Source: Acidimicrobiaceae bacterium
GTDB lineage: Bacteria > Actinomycetota > Acidimicrobiia > Acidimicrobiales > MedAcidi-G1
Reading direction: 5' to 3'
Assembly: GCA_002729765.1 (NCBI GenBank)
Contig: PBYV01000081.1
Span: forward strand, 10,377 to 74,376
DNA length: 64,000 bases
The translations under genes were made by a program, and so were the position numbers. Below the pieces are notes generated by a model, which was not told where the DNA came from, made no database searches, and was given only the letters and a program-made list of their open reading frames with translations. Positions 28,996 to 40,024 of this stretch are shown here, piece after piece (position 1 is the first letter of the stretch; each line of letters begins with the position of its first letter).

Positions 28996-29989
28996 CTTCC
29001 TCCTTTTCATCAAGTTCATCTTCTATATCCATTAACCCAAACATTTCTAACCACTTAGGTGCTCTATAATCCCAACTATAATATTTGTCTGCGTGGACTT
29101 TAGCTAAATCTATTATCTTTTGATTTTCATCATCCCAATATGTATCCAATATTTTATCTATCTCATCTGCTATTCTTTCACAATGCTCTATTTCGTCTTT
29201 GATATACGGATACATAATAGCATGATCAGAACATGTTTCTGGTAATGCTCCTAAACTATTTGTAAGCATTAAAGTTCGGGAAGACATTGCTTCCATGGCC
29301 GTTCTACAAGAAGTTTCCTCCCATATACATGGATAAGGCCAAATATGCATATCTTTCCACTCATCTCTTAAAGGCTTACCCTTAACAATAGGGTGTAAGG
29401 TCATATTAGGATTCTCTTTAATATGTTCAAACAGCTCTTTGAATGGTTCATTGTTTTCTGGCCAACCATATATTTCAAAACTTGAATAAACATGTAAATG
29501 CCAATCTTTTCTTTCAAGTAAATGTAAAGCATTACATAACACATGCAATCCTCTTTGAGGAGTAGATGCGTAAATTAGATTAAGGTTACCATCTTTGGGC
29601 TTTTCATTATGTTCGTGAGGAAAGATTGCTGTTTTCATTACTTCACAGCGCTCCATTGGTAAATCATATTTTTCTAAAAATGTATGAAGTTGCCAAAAAC
29701 TTGAAAAAATAAATTTTTCAAATTGTAATTGTCCTTCTTTGTTTTTTAAAAAATCATGTCCTCCGCTGGAATCTTTTGCTAAATCATGAAACCACCAAAG
29801 TTTAGGTAAAAGAGATTGTAAATCATCGTTATATAACCTCGAAATTATCCATTGATATCCTTTTTTATATTTTTTAGGTAAATGTGACCATAATTCTAAA
29901 GTTGTTAATTCCGTTCCACCAAAAGAATTTTTAGCTACGTTCTTATTTCCTCTTTGAGGTATTGTTTGATCTTTATAAATGTCTTTCAT
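28979..29989 (-). CDS. GT-B (family 1/GT4-like) glycosyltransferase
   Basis: GGTE N-terminal motif, YASTPQRGL, YP..WEETSC..AMEAM, GALPET. Confidence 0.8.
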   Translation of the reverse strand: MKDIYKDQTIPQRGNKNVAKNSFGGTELTTLELWSHLPKKYKKGYQWIISRLYNDDLQSLLPKLWWFHDLAKDSSGGHDFLKNKEGQLQFEKFIFSSFWQLHTFLEKYDLPMERCEVMKTAIFPHEHNEKPKDGNLNLIYASTPQRGLHVLCNALHLLERKDWHLHVYSSFEIYGWPENNEPFKELFEHIKENPNMTLHPIVKGKPLRDEWKDMHIWPYPCIWEETSCRTAMEAMSSRTLMLTNSLGALPETCSDHAIMYPYIKDEIEHCERIADEIDKILDTYWDDENQKIIDLAKVHADKYYSWDYRAPKWLEMFGLMDIEDELDEKEEDEAVV

Positions 29990-30849
29990 ATTTCAACCTT
30001 AAATGTTCTCGGAATATTCTCAACATGTTCTATTACTTCTTTATGAAAATTTATATTTGCTTCTCTACACTCACTTAAAGAGCTCTTATATTGCCTTTGT
30101 TCTTTCTCATTAATACATTTCCACCAATCAGTTGTAACACAATATAAGGGTTTATGTTTTAAACCATAAAATTTAGAAGACCATGGAAAAGCTATAACAA
30201 CCTTTCCTAAAAGTGTTCCCCAATAAGCCCCGTGAAAAGAATTTGTAACTACGACATCAGCACTACCTAAAAATTCTATTGTTTCTTCAAAATTCATTTC
30301 ACTGTTTGCCTTATGCGGATAATCCCATGTTTCTTTTGGCATACCGTGAATAATATTCATTGGAAGTGCACCGTGAAGGAAAAACACGACATCTTGTTTT
30401 ACTTCATATTCTTTATCAAAAGCTTCATGCATGCAACTCGCACACGGAACCCATCTTGAGGAAGGTATTGAAGTATATAAATCTGGATGATAATCGCGTA
30501 TACCTAATAAATCAAAATCCCTTACATAAGCTGGATAAGTTATATTCACAGGAGGAATAATTTGTGTTTGTTCATCGAGACAAACATAAGTATGCTCACC
30601 TAATCCCCATCCGAATATTTTATAATTTGCATTTTTCTGATATTTTACAACATGAGGCATTGGCCGGAATTGACCTATAAGTCCACCTCCTCCATATATA
30701 ACATTTTCATGCTCGGGCATATAATCATGGTTTAATTTAAAAATATCTTTTTGATTACCAGGTAAATCAAAGTATTTTGTAGGAGTGCTATACCAGTCCC
30801 CTATGTTAGTTTCATCTGTCCTAAATATATTGGTAAACTGTAATTTCAT
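29986..30849 (-). CDS. Polysaccharide pyruvyltransferase-like protein
   Basis: NIGD, GGGG, GWGLG, GIRD, TNSFHG....LLGK. Confidence 0.65.
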   Translation of the reverse strand: MKLQFTNIFRTDETNIGDWYSTPTKYFDLPGNQKDIFKLNHDYMPEHENVIYGGGGLIGQFRPMPHVVKYQKNANYKIFGWGLGEHTYVCLDEQTQIIPPVNITYPAYVRDFDLLGIRDYHPDLYTSIPSSRWVPCASCMHEAFDKEYEVKQDVVFFLHGALPMNIIHGMPKETWDYPHKANSEMNFEETIEFLGSADVVVTNSFHGAYWGTLLGKVVIAFPWSSKFYGLKHKPLYCVTTDWWKCINEKEQRQYKSSLSECREANINFHKEVIEHVENIPRTFKVEI

Positions 30850-30864
30850 AGAAAAGGTATTAAC

Positions 30865-31248
30865 ATGGATTTAAATGATTTTGGTTTTAGTACGGTAAGT
30901 GAACAAGAATTTACTTCGGCTGCAAAAGAACCTGAAGAGAAAGTAGTTTCTGCTGCGGTAGAAAAAGCCAAAGCCGGACAAATTAAAGAAGTTGAAGGAA
31001 CTGTAAATAAAATATGGCAGTTGCTCGATTATCATTATGAGGATATTGATAAGCATAAAGAAAAGTTGAACAAAGAGTATGAAAGGCAAATGAAAGAAGT
31101 TGAGGATATGATAGTTCCTCTTCTGAACAACTTAGCAAAGTCTTCAACTAACGAATACATATATTGGCCTAATAGGCGAGAGATTCTAGAAGCACAAATT
31201 GAGAAAATTACTAAACATACTCGAGATATTAATATATTCACTGAGTAA
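30865..31248 (+). CDS. Conserved hypothetical phage protein (only plus-strand gene)
   Basis: DFGFS.VSE N-terminus and PLL.NL....EYIYWPNR C-terminus. Fills the gap between minus-strand genes; AAGG precedes the ATG. Confidence 0.75.
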   Translation: MDLNDFGFSTVSEQEFTSAAKEPEEKVVSAAVEKAKAGQIKEVEGTVNKIWQLLDYHYEDIDKHKEKLNKEYERQMKEVEDMIVPLLNNLAKSSTNEYIYWPNRREILEAQIEKITKHTRDINIFTE

Positions 31249-31777
31249 CTCCATATTTACAAAGGAAGTAGGAATCAACTATATCACCAGCCGGGTTACC
31301 AGTTTCTTGAACTAGATCGAATGTGCCCGGTTCATTTTTCCAAGCTTCTAACATTGCTTCTTTGTTCGAATTTCCCTTACCTGTAGCGAATTTCTTGATA
31401 CTAGTTGGCGCAATAGTTTCATATTGGAATTTATTAGCTTTTAAAACATGTTTTAAAATGCCAGCGTTTTCCGCTATATGAAAAACTCTGCCGGTTGAAC
31501 CAAATGAATAATCTTCTAATATAGCTTTCTCCACTCTGCCCGTATACCAACGTAATTGTTCTACTGTCCATTCCGCTAAGTAATCATATCTATCTATATC
31601 TTTTAATTCTTTCGGGAATTTATAAGCATTTACATTTTGAAGGGCGGACCACCGAGGCCTCCACTTATCCAAAGCAAAAAAACTAAAAGTACAATTAGAA
31701 GGAGTAATTGTTCCATCTTTTTTAAATACACAAATACATGGGCTGAGTGTTGAATAATCAATGCCTGCGCAAACCAA
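31238..31777 (-). CDS. RuvC-like Holliday junction resolvase/nuclease
   Basis: GIDYS, ILEDY, PT.IKKFATGKGN..K, DIVDSY. Confidence 0.7.
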   Translation of the reverse strand: MVCAGIDYSTLSPCICVFKKDGTITPSNCTFSFFALDKWRPRWSALQNVNAYKFPKELKDIDRYDYLAEWTVEQLRWYTGRVEKAILEDYSFGSTGRVFHIAENAGILKHVLKANKFQYETIAPTSIKKFATGKGNSNKEAMLEAWKNEPGTFDLVQETGNPAGDIVDSYFLCKYGVTQ

Positions 31778-32248
31778 TTAAAATCCTAACTGTTGTAATT
31801 CTTTTATACTATTCTCTGCGGAAGTATGTTGAATTGCAATTCCACCTTTAGCCCTAAAGGCTTCTATATTATTCACATTATCATCAATTAAAAGATTTGG
31901 TGATAAATTTTCTTCGACTGCGAAATATTGCTTCTCTTCCCAAAAACAAACATGAATTTTCGAAGGGTATATTTTTAAATGGTTTAAACACCATTTATAT
32001 TTTTGAACGCGTGCGCCATCAAATTGACCTCTTTTGGGAATAGCTGTAAGGATGTGAATATCAAATAATCCTTTAACATAATCAACTAATAAATCGGCGT
32101 CAGGTAATTTGGGTAGAGTTTCAAAAAAATTAGAAGGCAATTTGCTCCAATCATCTGCCCATTCCTGTTTACTCCCACATTGTTTGATAATGGATCCATC
32201 AAAATCTGATAGAACACCATCCATATCTAAAAATACTATCATAATCAA
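31778..32248 (-). CDS. HAD-family 5'(3')-deoxyribonucleotidase
   Basis: LDMDGVL.DF, ILTA, K..W, LIDD. Confidence 0.8.
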   Translation of the reverse strand: MIMIVFLDMDGVLSDFDGSIIKQCGSKQEWADDWSKLPSNFFETLPKLPDADLLVDYVKGLFDIHILTAIPKRGQFDGARVQKYKWCLNHLKIYPSKIHVCFWEEKQYFAVEENLSPNLLIDDNVNNIEAFRAKGGIAIQHTSAENSIKELQQLGF

Positions 32249-32457
32249 TCATATACAAAATTCATTTCACCTTCGTGACCGAATTTTTCCTTATATTTTT
32301 TATCTAAAATGTCTTCAATCCAAAGTTTACCAGTAAACTCCGGAGCATTTTCTATTTCTTTCCACAATTCTTGAATTGCGGTAACACCTAACGATTCTGT
32401 GTGTTTTTCTATAACAACAACACAATCATCAACATATTTTTCAAATGCTGTTTTCAT
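32245..32457 (-). CDS. Hypothetical protein
   Basis: Likely start is the ATG at 32457 (MKTAFEKY), just downstream of a sigma70 -10 box. Confidence 0.6.
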   Translation of the reverse strand: MKTAFEKYVDDCVVVIEKHTESLGVTAIQELWKEIENAPEFTGKLWIEDILDKKYKEKFGHEGEMNFVYD

Positions 32458-32466
32458 ATAATCCCT

Positions 32467-32495
32467 ATTATATATCATTATTAAACAAATTTCAA
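32467..32495 (-). promoter_or_regulatory. sigma70-type early promoter
   Basis: TTGAAA-17 nt-TATAAT after the nrdJ stop. Confidence 0.65.
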
Positions 32496-32503
32496 CGAAA
32501 AAA

Positions 32504-34468
32504 TTAAATTAAATCTACAACCTCACATCCACCAGGAGCCGCGCATGCTGCAGTTTGTGCTCCAGCAGTGTGGTCCTCTTTTTCATAATCTCCTAATTTA
32601 TCCCATACTACATTTTTTGGCATTTTAGTTAACAGTTCTTTATATTCTTTTTCTTCGCAATCCTGATAAGGTGCTTGTTTATACGTATGTTCACTAAAAG
32701 GTAAAAATGAAATACCACTAATTGAATCAAAGTTATCATATACCCACGATCCAACTGTCATCCATTCTTCTTCTTTAACAGATACTGTAACGGAAGGTTT
32801 ATGCTCACACCAATGATCTTGATATATCTTCCATAATTCCAATTGTTCCATAGCCGTCATGTCTTGTCGACATACCGCACTCTTTGGACTTTTTTGTGGA
32901 AAAGAAAATACTGTAGTATGTTGTGGTTTAGTTACATCTGGTTCATTTGGGAACCCGGCGTCCTTCATAAATTGACACAAAGGATCTTTATTGTCCGCTC
33001 TCACTGTGCGAATATAATAGGGATTATGGCGCGCATGAATTCCACTTGAAGAATCAACAAGCTGACTAACAGTGCCGCTAGGCTTAACACAAGTAATAGC
33101 TGCACTACGAGGGACACCAAGTTTTTCTGACCATTCTTTATTAGTTTCAATAGCAACATTCCGGAGCTCCTCCAAAAGTTTACCTGTTTTATCTTTTCCT
33201 TTTTTACCATTAGTTAATTCATTATCCATTATTCCGGTAAGAGAAACTCCCAAAAGTCGTTCTTCTTCGCAATTTCGGGCCCATTCTTTAGTGAGGTATT
33301 TGAAGTTTGTAAGGGTAGATTGGAATGTTCCAAGTATTGTTGCATTGCGCACTTTACTTTTAAGAGACTCCCTAGTGTCCCGTCCTCTGACAACGACTTC
33401 AGATAAGTTGCAGAATTCTCGCGACCGTAAAATGATCTCGCTGCATGGATTTGTACCAAAGTCATCTCTGGTATCTCGTCTTCGTATATAATCTCCTGTC
33501 TCTGCATCGCGTTCCCTTTCGTTTAGTTTCTGGACTTGTCTACTAGCTGAATCACCATTATAAATTCCACGTTCACCGGATTTAGAATCATAAAGAGATA
33601 ACCATTCTCTCATAAATGTTCCGGTGTCTGGTCTTTCTTTATAGTTAACTGAATTATTCGATAAAGCTCGTTGTACATTTCGCTTCCACCATTCTCCGTG
33701 TTTAGCAAATCTCATTTCTCGATCATTAAGATCACTTAAACTAATTAGAGCACTTCTTCGTACACCCCCCACAACAACCACTTCCGCAGTTTTACATATA
33801 ATATCATGACATTCAAGTGGTTTAAGTTTTCTTCCGGCAGACGTTTTAAATATATCCGTTACAAAGTGAAATAGTTCTACTAGCGGTTCCGGTCCTGATG
33901 CGCGACCACCAAATGTCTTTAATGGCATTCCGGCAGGTCTAACTTTACTAACATCCCATTTAGGAATAAGTCCTTGATATAATAATGATATTAATTCTTT
34001 ATAAGATCTACACCAACCTAATTTACTATCCGCAACAATTATAGTTGTGTCTGTTGGATAAAATTCTTCTGCAACTATCGGCATCTGTTTTACATGTTGT
34101 TCTTCAACTGAAAAACCTACTCCAGTTCCATTCATTAGAACATACATTATTTCATCAAACGTTCTTTGATTATCACACTTTAAATATGAACAATTATACC
34201 CGGCAACATTTTCTTTTTTAAGAGGTTCTCCTGCTGTCATCAAACATCTCATAGAAGGCATAACTTCTAAATTTAAAACAGCATCCTCTAATACCTTTCT
34301 ATCCTCATCAGGAAGATTATATTTACATTTTTCTTTTAGGTCTTCCTTAAAAAAATCAAAATATCTTCCGATTGTTTCTTCCCATGTTTCTCTTCTTTCT
34401 TGATCCCATTTCCATCTTGCGTATCTAGAAAGATGAATAAATGATTGATATTCTGTGGGTAAGTTCAT
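32504..34468 (-). CDS. nrdJ: Class II (adenosylcobalamin-dependent) ribonucleotide reductase
   Basis: MPSMR, YNC, GGVRRSA, TNPCSEI, FCNLSE, TCVKPSG, WCEHKPS, C-terminal C....GCE; no small subunit adjacent. Confidence 0.9.
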   Translation of the reverse strand: MNLPTEYQSFIHLSRYARWKWDQERRETWEETIGRYFDFFKEDLKEKCKYNLPDEDRKVLEDAVLNLEVMPSMRCLMTAGEPLKKENVAGYNCSYLKCDNQRTFDEIMYVLMNGTGVGFSVEEQHVKQMPIVAEEFYPTDTTIIVADSKLGWCRSYKELISLLYQGLIPKWDVSKVRPAGMPLKTFGGRASGPEPLVELFHFVTDIFKTSAGRKLKPLECHDIICKTAEVVVVGGVRRSALISLSDLNDREMRFAKHGEWWKRNVQRALSNNSVNYKERPDTGTFMREWLSLYDSKSGERGIYNGDSASRQVQKLNERERDAETGDYIRRRDTRDDFGTNPCSEIILRSREFCNLSEVVVRGRDTRESLKSKVRNATILGTFQSTLTNFKYLTKEWARNCEEERLLGVSLTGIMDNELTNGKKGKDKTGKLLEELRNVAIETNKEWSEKLGVPRSAAITCVKPSGTVSQLVDSSSGIHARHNPYYIRTVRADNKDPLCQFMKDAGFPNEPDVTKPQHTTVFSFPQKSPKSAVCRQDMTAMEQLELWKIYQDHWCEHKPSVTVSVKEEEWMTVGSWVYDNFDSISGISFLPFSEHTYKQAPYQDCEEKEYKELLTKMPKNVVWDKLGDYEKEDHTAGAQTAACAAPGGCEVVDLI

Positions 34469-35277
34469 TCATTTTCCTTTCGTATTTTCTCTAAAAATTC
34501 GGTTGATTCTCTCTCCGATAGTCCGTACTTAGACATTATCCAGCTTCCGTTTAAATTGTCCCTTATGATATCCATTTCTTTTTGCGTAAACGTAACCGAG
34601 TTTTGAATATAATCTTCGTACGCTTCACAACATAGAGGAAATTCAGGTTTTACTAATCCATACATGGCGTTAGCAAAATCTTGAACTTCTTTTTGGGCGT
34701 GGCTATCCATTCTTAACTTGCAAAATTTAAAAAAGTTATTTAAATCTACTTTCCATATAACTTCAGTATAGTTGCCTACTGGCAACACAGAGCGAGCTAA
34801 TTCTCTCGCGACATCTAATTCTAATAGATTGTGATAAGAATGAATTGCATTATCATATATGCGATTAAATTCAAATTTAACAAGGCCTTTTTCTTCAATT
34901 TCTTCACCTCTTCCTTGATTATTCTGAGTCGATTGTTTTTGTATATAATCATCTTGAGGGACATAAAAATCCTCACTCATTATCGAATAACGCCCGGAAT
35001 ATTCATTTAAATTCGCCGTCCGATGTCGAACTATTTGCCTCATAACGAAAATAGGTAATTTCAAATAAAACTTTACTTCACACATCTCAAAAGGTGATGT
35101 GTGTTTATGTCTCATTAAATATCGAATTAAGTTACGAGTTTCACTATTTTTTTTAGTGCCTTTGCCGTAACTTATCCTAGCAGCATCGACTACATCATCG
35201 TCACTTCCCATTATATCTAATAATCTAACGAGTCCATCTTCATGAACCTTCACTTCCTCATTCATGTTCTTTTCCAC
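34465..35277 (-). CDS. thyX: Flavin-dependent thymidylate synthase
   Basis: AARISY, HTSPFE, RHRTANLNEYSGRY, LR...HAQ.E. Confidence 0.95.
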   Translation of the reverse strand: MEKNMNEEVKVHEDGLVRLLDIMGSDDDVVDAARISYGKGTKKNSETRNLIRYLMRHKHTSPFEMCEVKFYLKLPIFVMRQIVRHRTANLNEYSGRYSIMSEDFYVPQDDYIQKQSTQNNQGRGEEIEEKGLVKFEFNRIYDNAIHSYHNLLELDVARELARSVLPVGNYTEVIWKVDLNNFFKFCKLRMDSHAQKEVQDFANAMYGLVKPEFPLCCEAYEDYIQNSVTFTQKEMDIIRDNLNGSWIMSKYGLSERESTEFLEKIRKENE

Positions 35278-36260
35278 TGGTTAAATTTTAATCTTGCGGG
35301 AAGACCGCGATAAGTATTGGTATTTATTATATCGATAATTTCCAAAATATCCATATCACCTAAAACCATATCATTGATATCTTTAAATTTAACAGTGTCA
35401 GGCCAGATGCAAATTGCGAAACCTTTTTTAATAGTATTCTCAACTTTATGTACAATTTCCTGATTTCTTGGCTCATTATCATAGACAAAAGTAACCTCTT
35501 TTGCATAGAACATACTGGCATCATCTAAGTCACTTCCTGCCATAGCTAAGGCATTCGGAAGAAACATGCTATCAAATGGTCCCTCAACAATATATGTTAA
35601 TTGCTTCGGATCATTTCTATCTAATCCGAATATTTTAGGAGCATTCTTATCTATTTTAATAGTAAAATATCTTAGTGTATTATTTTCTAAACTTCTTCCC
35701 TGCGCCGCGATTAAATTTCTATCTTTATCAAAAAATGGAATTATTATTCTAGGGTCTTTTTCTTTTAATCGCGATGCTAATTCTGTATCATATTTACTCA
35801 CCCAAGTCTTAAAACAATCTGCAAAATACATATCATGATATCGAGTTTTAGGCAACTTTCTTACATCACAAAATTTTACGGCGGGATGTTCTGAATCGAG
35901 ATCACTTATCTTAGGGGCTTCTATTTTTGTAAATTTGGGTTTTCTAAAAATAGGAACCTTCTCTTCTGTTATCGGCTCACCATTTTCTTCTTTATAATTT
36001 TCAAATGAATACTGTTTTGATAATGTAGGATCTATTTTGTCTAGTAACCATTTTAATGGTCCGCCAGCACTACAATTATGACATTTAAAAATTAAATGAT
36101 TTTTCTTATTGAAGAGATAACCTCTTGCTTTATATAAGTTCTTTTGAGAATCACCACATAATGGGCATCTGAAGTTATATAAGTCTCTTGATTTTCTGGC
36201 GAAGCGGGATAAGCGGGAGGAAAGTAAATTGGTATATTTGTGGTCAATGTATAAGCTCAT
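35262..36260 (-). CDS. gp61: DNA primase (T4 gp61-like)
   Basis: CPLCGDS...CHNC zinc finger, EGPFDS, DNEPRN, KDINDM. Confidence 0.93.
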   Translation of the reverse strand: MSLYIDHKYTNLLSSRLSRFARKSRDLYNFRCPLCGDSQKNLYKARGYLFNKKNHLIFKCHNCSAGGPLKWLLDKIDPTLSKQYSFENYKEENGEPITEEKVPIFRKPKFTKIEAPKISDLDSEHPAVKFCDVRKLPKTRYHDMYFADCFKTWVSKYDTELASRLKEKDPRIIIPFFDKDRNLIAAQGRSLENNTLRYFTIKIDKNAPKIFGLDRNDPKQLTYIVEGPFDSMFLPNALAMAGSDLDDASMFYAKEVTFVYDNEPRNQEIVHKVENTIKKGFAICIWPDTVKFKDINDMVLGDMDILEIIDIINTNTYRGLPARLKFNQWKRT

Positions 36261-36302
36261 CTTACTCTATAACTAGGGGATTGGTTTAATTAATAATATA
36301 GT

Positions 36303-36331
36303 ATTATAATGTATTTCAATGATAATGTCAA
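36303..36331 (-). promoter_or_regulatory. Perfect sigma70 promoter upstream of primase
   Basis: TTGACA-17 nt-TATAAT, with an AT-rich upstream tract. Confidence 0.85.
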
Positions 36332-36341
36332 GAAAATAAAG

Positions 36342-36366
36342 AAAAAAAAAGGGACCGCTAAGCCCC
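36342..36366 (-). terminator. Rho-independent terminator ending the late block
   Basis: GGGGC-UUAGCG-GUCCC followed by U9. Confidence 0.8.
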
Positions 36367-36390
36367 TTCTTTATCCACCGAGGATATTAA

Positions 36391-36720
36391 TTACGAAAAC
36401 ATTCTTATAATTTTCATAATTTCCACACCTGCGTTAAGTGCTTCTTCAACTTGAACTTCGATGTCATCAGTAAGATTACCCAGGTCAAATTCATCTTTGG
36501 CAAACTGAACTAATTCCGCAAACTCTTCATCATCTAAATCCTGTAATTCTACTAAAACATCTTCAATATTCTCTATAGCTGGTCCTAATCTTTTTAAAGG
36601 ATCAATGAATTTCATTGCATCAGACCATCCAATATCACCATCTTCCACCGCGGAAGCAGTTGCTTTACCTAATGAAAAAACAAAAGATAGCACTTCTTTC
36701 GTTTCCTTTATTCCTGCCAT
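36391..36720 (-). CDS. Hypothetical acidic protein
   Basis: Likely start at 36720 (MAGIKETKE) behind AAGG; the longer track start overlaps the upstream gene. Confidence 0.65.
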   Translation of the reverse strand: MAGIKETKEVLSFVFSLGKATASAVEDGDIGWSDAMKFIDPLKRLGPAIENIEDVLVELQDLDDEEFAELVQFAKDEFDLGNLTDDIEVQVEEALNAGVEIMKIIRMFS

Positions 36721-36730
36721 AATTACCTTT

Positions 36731-37435
36731 CTATATGTTTTTGTGATTAGGATGTGAAGGAAATATACGTCTTTGTTCGCCAATTCCCATTGGCTCTATT
36801 CTCCTCATAACATCACCCTTCTTTTTCTTTTTTCTTACTGGTGGATCATCGCCGGCTTCAGCACTACCAGCAATTCCCCCTGCACTCATAGACATTGCAG
36901 GTGCATCTTCTTTAACATCTTCTTTATGTTTAATAAAATCCTTAATCATCTGGAGATCCATATCATGCAGTAATTTCCAATCATGATCTTCGGCCCATTT
37001 AATGCCGGCTTTTTTATCAGCCTCTATATCACCTTCTGTCAATAAACCAGCTTCTCCCCAATCTTTTAACAAATCTTCATATAATGCATTAAAATTTTCT
37101 TCTAGTAAATTTTCATCTGTTAACATTTTCAGATTCTTTTCTTCGCGAAGAAGTAACAAAGCTGCTGCATAAGAAGCAATAGTTGTTTTACCAAAAGGTA
37201 TCTTACCTAACAATTTTTTCAAATTGAAGATAAGTGTATCCATCATAGTATAGGCATTTTTTTGTTCTATAGTGGTAAAGTCTTTTTTCTTAATAAGAAC
37301 TTTACCATTCTTATCGATGATGCCTAATTTATATGCGTCTGTTTTTTCGAATTTGGTGACTAATCGCTTTAGGAAGGAAAATAAAAAATATAATTCTGAG
37401 CCTTGTATAACGGCTGATTTAAAACTTAAACCCAT
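36731..37435 (-). CDS. Conserved T4-like hypothetical protein
   Basis: LKRLV..F..TDAYKLGIID..G and YAAAL.LLRE, a pattern typical of marine T4-like phages. Confidence 0.7.
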   Translation of the reverse strand: MGLSFKSAVIQGSELYFLFSFLKRLVTKFEKTDAYKLGIIDKNGKVLIKKKDFTTIEQKNAYTMMDTLIFNLKKLLGKIPFGKTTIASYAAALLLLREEKNLKMLTDENLLEENFNALYEDLLKDWGEAGLLTEGDIEADKKAGIKWAEDHDWKLLHDMDLQMIKDFIKHKEDVKEDAPAMSMSAGGIAGSAEAGDDPPVRKKKKKGDVMRRIEPMGIGEQRRIFPSHPNHKNI

Positions 37436-37442
37436 GAAAATC

Positions 37443-37835
37443 CTATAGAGACCTTAATTGCTTTACTACGTTCTGGTCAAGTATTATATCGGTTTCGCGA
37501 ATATCTTTACTTCTTATACTGCGAACGATTTTCGGCATCCTCTTTAAATAAATTAAAAAAGGCTTTAATACTTGCCAACTGTTTTCGTCAATTTTGTAAA
37601 ATAATATTCGAGTAGCAGCTTCATTATCGAATAAATTATATATCATAATCAAATGGTTAAGAATTAACCTTTGTTTTAACTCATGAGTTGTTAGATAATG
37701 ATTTAAAAGTCTTTTTAGATATTTAAACCTTTTCATATCATCTCTATAATCCTCTGTACCGATACACTGTGGATTATCATAATATTTCATGCAATATAAT
37801 TCTATATTATTTTCACTTATATCATCAAAATTCAC
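37443..37835 (-). CDS. Conserved T4-like hypothetical protein
   Basis: YDNPQC....D.KRFKY.KRL, RLILNH.I..YN.F. Confidence 0.75.
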   Translation of the reverse strand: MNFDDISENNIELYCMKYYDNPQCIGTEDYRDDMKRFKYLKRLLNHYLTTHELKQRLILNHLIMIYNLFDNEAATRILFYKIDENSWQVLKPFLIYLKRMPKIVRSIRSKDIRETDIILDQNVVKQLRSL

Positions 37836-38077
37836 TTTTTATCTTTTTTCTCACTTTTGGGAGTTTTGGTTTTCTCCCCATTATCTTTGTTATCAGTTTC
37901 TTTATTATTAATCATACTTAAATAATGATTAGAAACTTGAATCGCGCCATCAAGATGATTAAGCGTCCGCTCCAAATTTTGGATCTCCTCGGACGCTTGA
38001 TCTAATCTTTTTTGAACTTGTTCCCTGTCTTTTGTCAGGAAGTCCAATTGTTTTTGTACTTCACTTTGTTCAATCAT
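37832..38077 (-). CDS. Small coiled-coil protein
   Basis: Heptad pattern ending in L.GAI; resembles 39767..40009. Confidence 0.6.
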   Translation of the reverse strand: MIEQSEVQKQLDFLTKDREQVQKRLDQASEEIQNLERTLNHLDGAIQVSNHYLSMINNKETDNKDNGEKTKTPKSEKKDKK

Positions 38078-38100
38078 AATATACCATTAATTAGTTTTTA

Positions 38101-38923
<823 letters not shown>

Positions 38924-38928
<5 letters not shown>

Positions 38929-39766
38929 ATACTATCCCTAAACGGGTTAACTCCGTAATTATGTGCGCTGCTGTACTAGCACCAGCCACAAACGAAGTAT
39001 TTTGTGATACAGGGGCAGTACCATAAAACCCCACCGTATCTGTAGCGCTTCCTATTTGCATAGCGCCTCTAAATCTCATTACCGTAGTATTAGCCGAAAT
39101 ATACATATCTTTCTCAACACCATCTTCCAGTGCCATATCCATTCCGGATTCTAATTGTAAGTTTCCAGTTTCTGAAAAATTACTAGTAAAAGTACCATTG
39201 TCTGGTACACTATCTTCTATTAATAAACTACCTTGAAAATCTATTCTTGATTCCAATAATCCAACAATTTGCCATCGATCAGTTGTCTTATGGCCAGTGA
39301 CGTCGTCGAATTTAACACTAATACCATTAGCAAGAGCTTGTGTTCCGCCTGTAATATCAACTGTTGTTGCTCCGGTTGATGTATTACCATCTCTCCACCA
39401 TTTAAAAGTATCATTAGCGGAAACAGAAGTACCATCAATTTCAACATGCCATACCGAATTTTCTGCCATATCTAAAGTTCCCAAAATAACTGTCATATCA
39501 TCTTGTTCACCCTTTAAAACTTCGGGCTGTAAGACAGTCGGATGATTTCTTAGATTTAAATCTCTGGCAACATTTGTATCGGCACGAGATTGAACTTTAT
39601 TTGCAACACTGCGCGTGGTTGTATCTGTAGATAATGCTGACAACAGATTATCCAATCTAATCTTTTTATTAACTGGATTACCTATTGGATCATCAACTAT
39701 GATCAATAAATCTTCAGAGGTAGGCGATTCGTGAGTATTTAAAGCTGGTATTGTTTTATCTGCCAT
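38924..39766 (-). CDS. Putative virion structural/fibre protein
   Basis: MADKTIPAL...SEDLL..VDDP.G.PVNKK N-terminus shared with 38101..38820; C-terminal GFYG..PV...LTRLGI. Confidence 0.65.
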
Positions 39767-40009
39767 CTAATTCTTTTTCTCTGATTCAAGTCCTTGCAAT
39801 TCTGGTATTTCAACTTCTTTAGATTCAGCTGTAGTTAAAATATCATCACAAGCACTAATTGCACCTTGATAAACATGTATATTATTTTTCGTTTGCTCAA
39901 CTTCTTGAAGCATATGCGAAAGCCGAGATTCTAACTCAGCTTTCGCTTTAACGTGGCCTTCACGGCGTTCAATAATTGTGCTCACATTTACATTTTCAAT
40001 ATATTCCAT
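39767..40009 (-). CDS. Small coiled-coil protein
   Basis: Heptad pattern ending in YQGAI. Confidence 0.6.
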   Translation of the reverse strand: MEYIENVNVSTIIERREGHVKAKAELESRLSHMLQEVEQTKNNIHVYQGAISACDDILTTAESKEVEIPELQGLESEKKN

Positions 40010-40024
40010 AATATTATTTAACTA

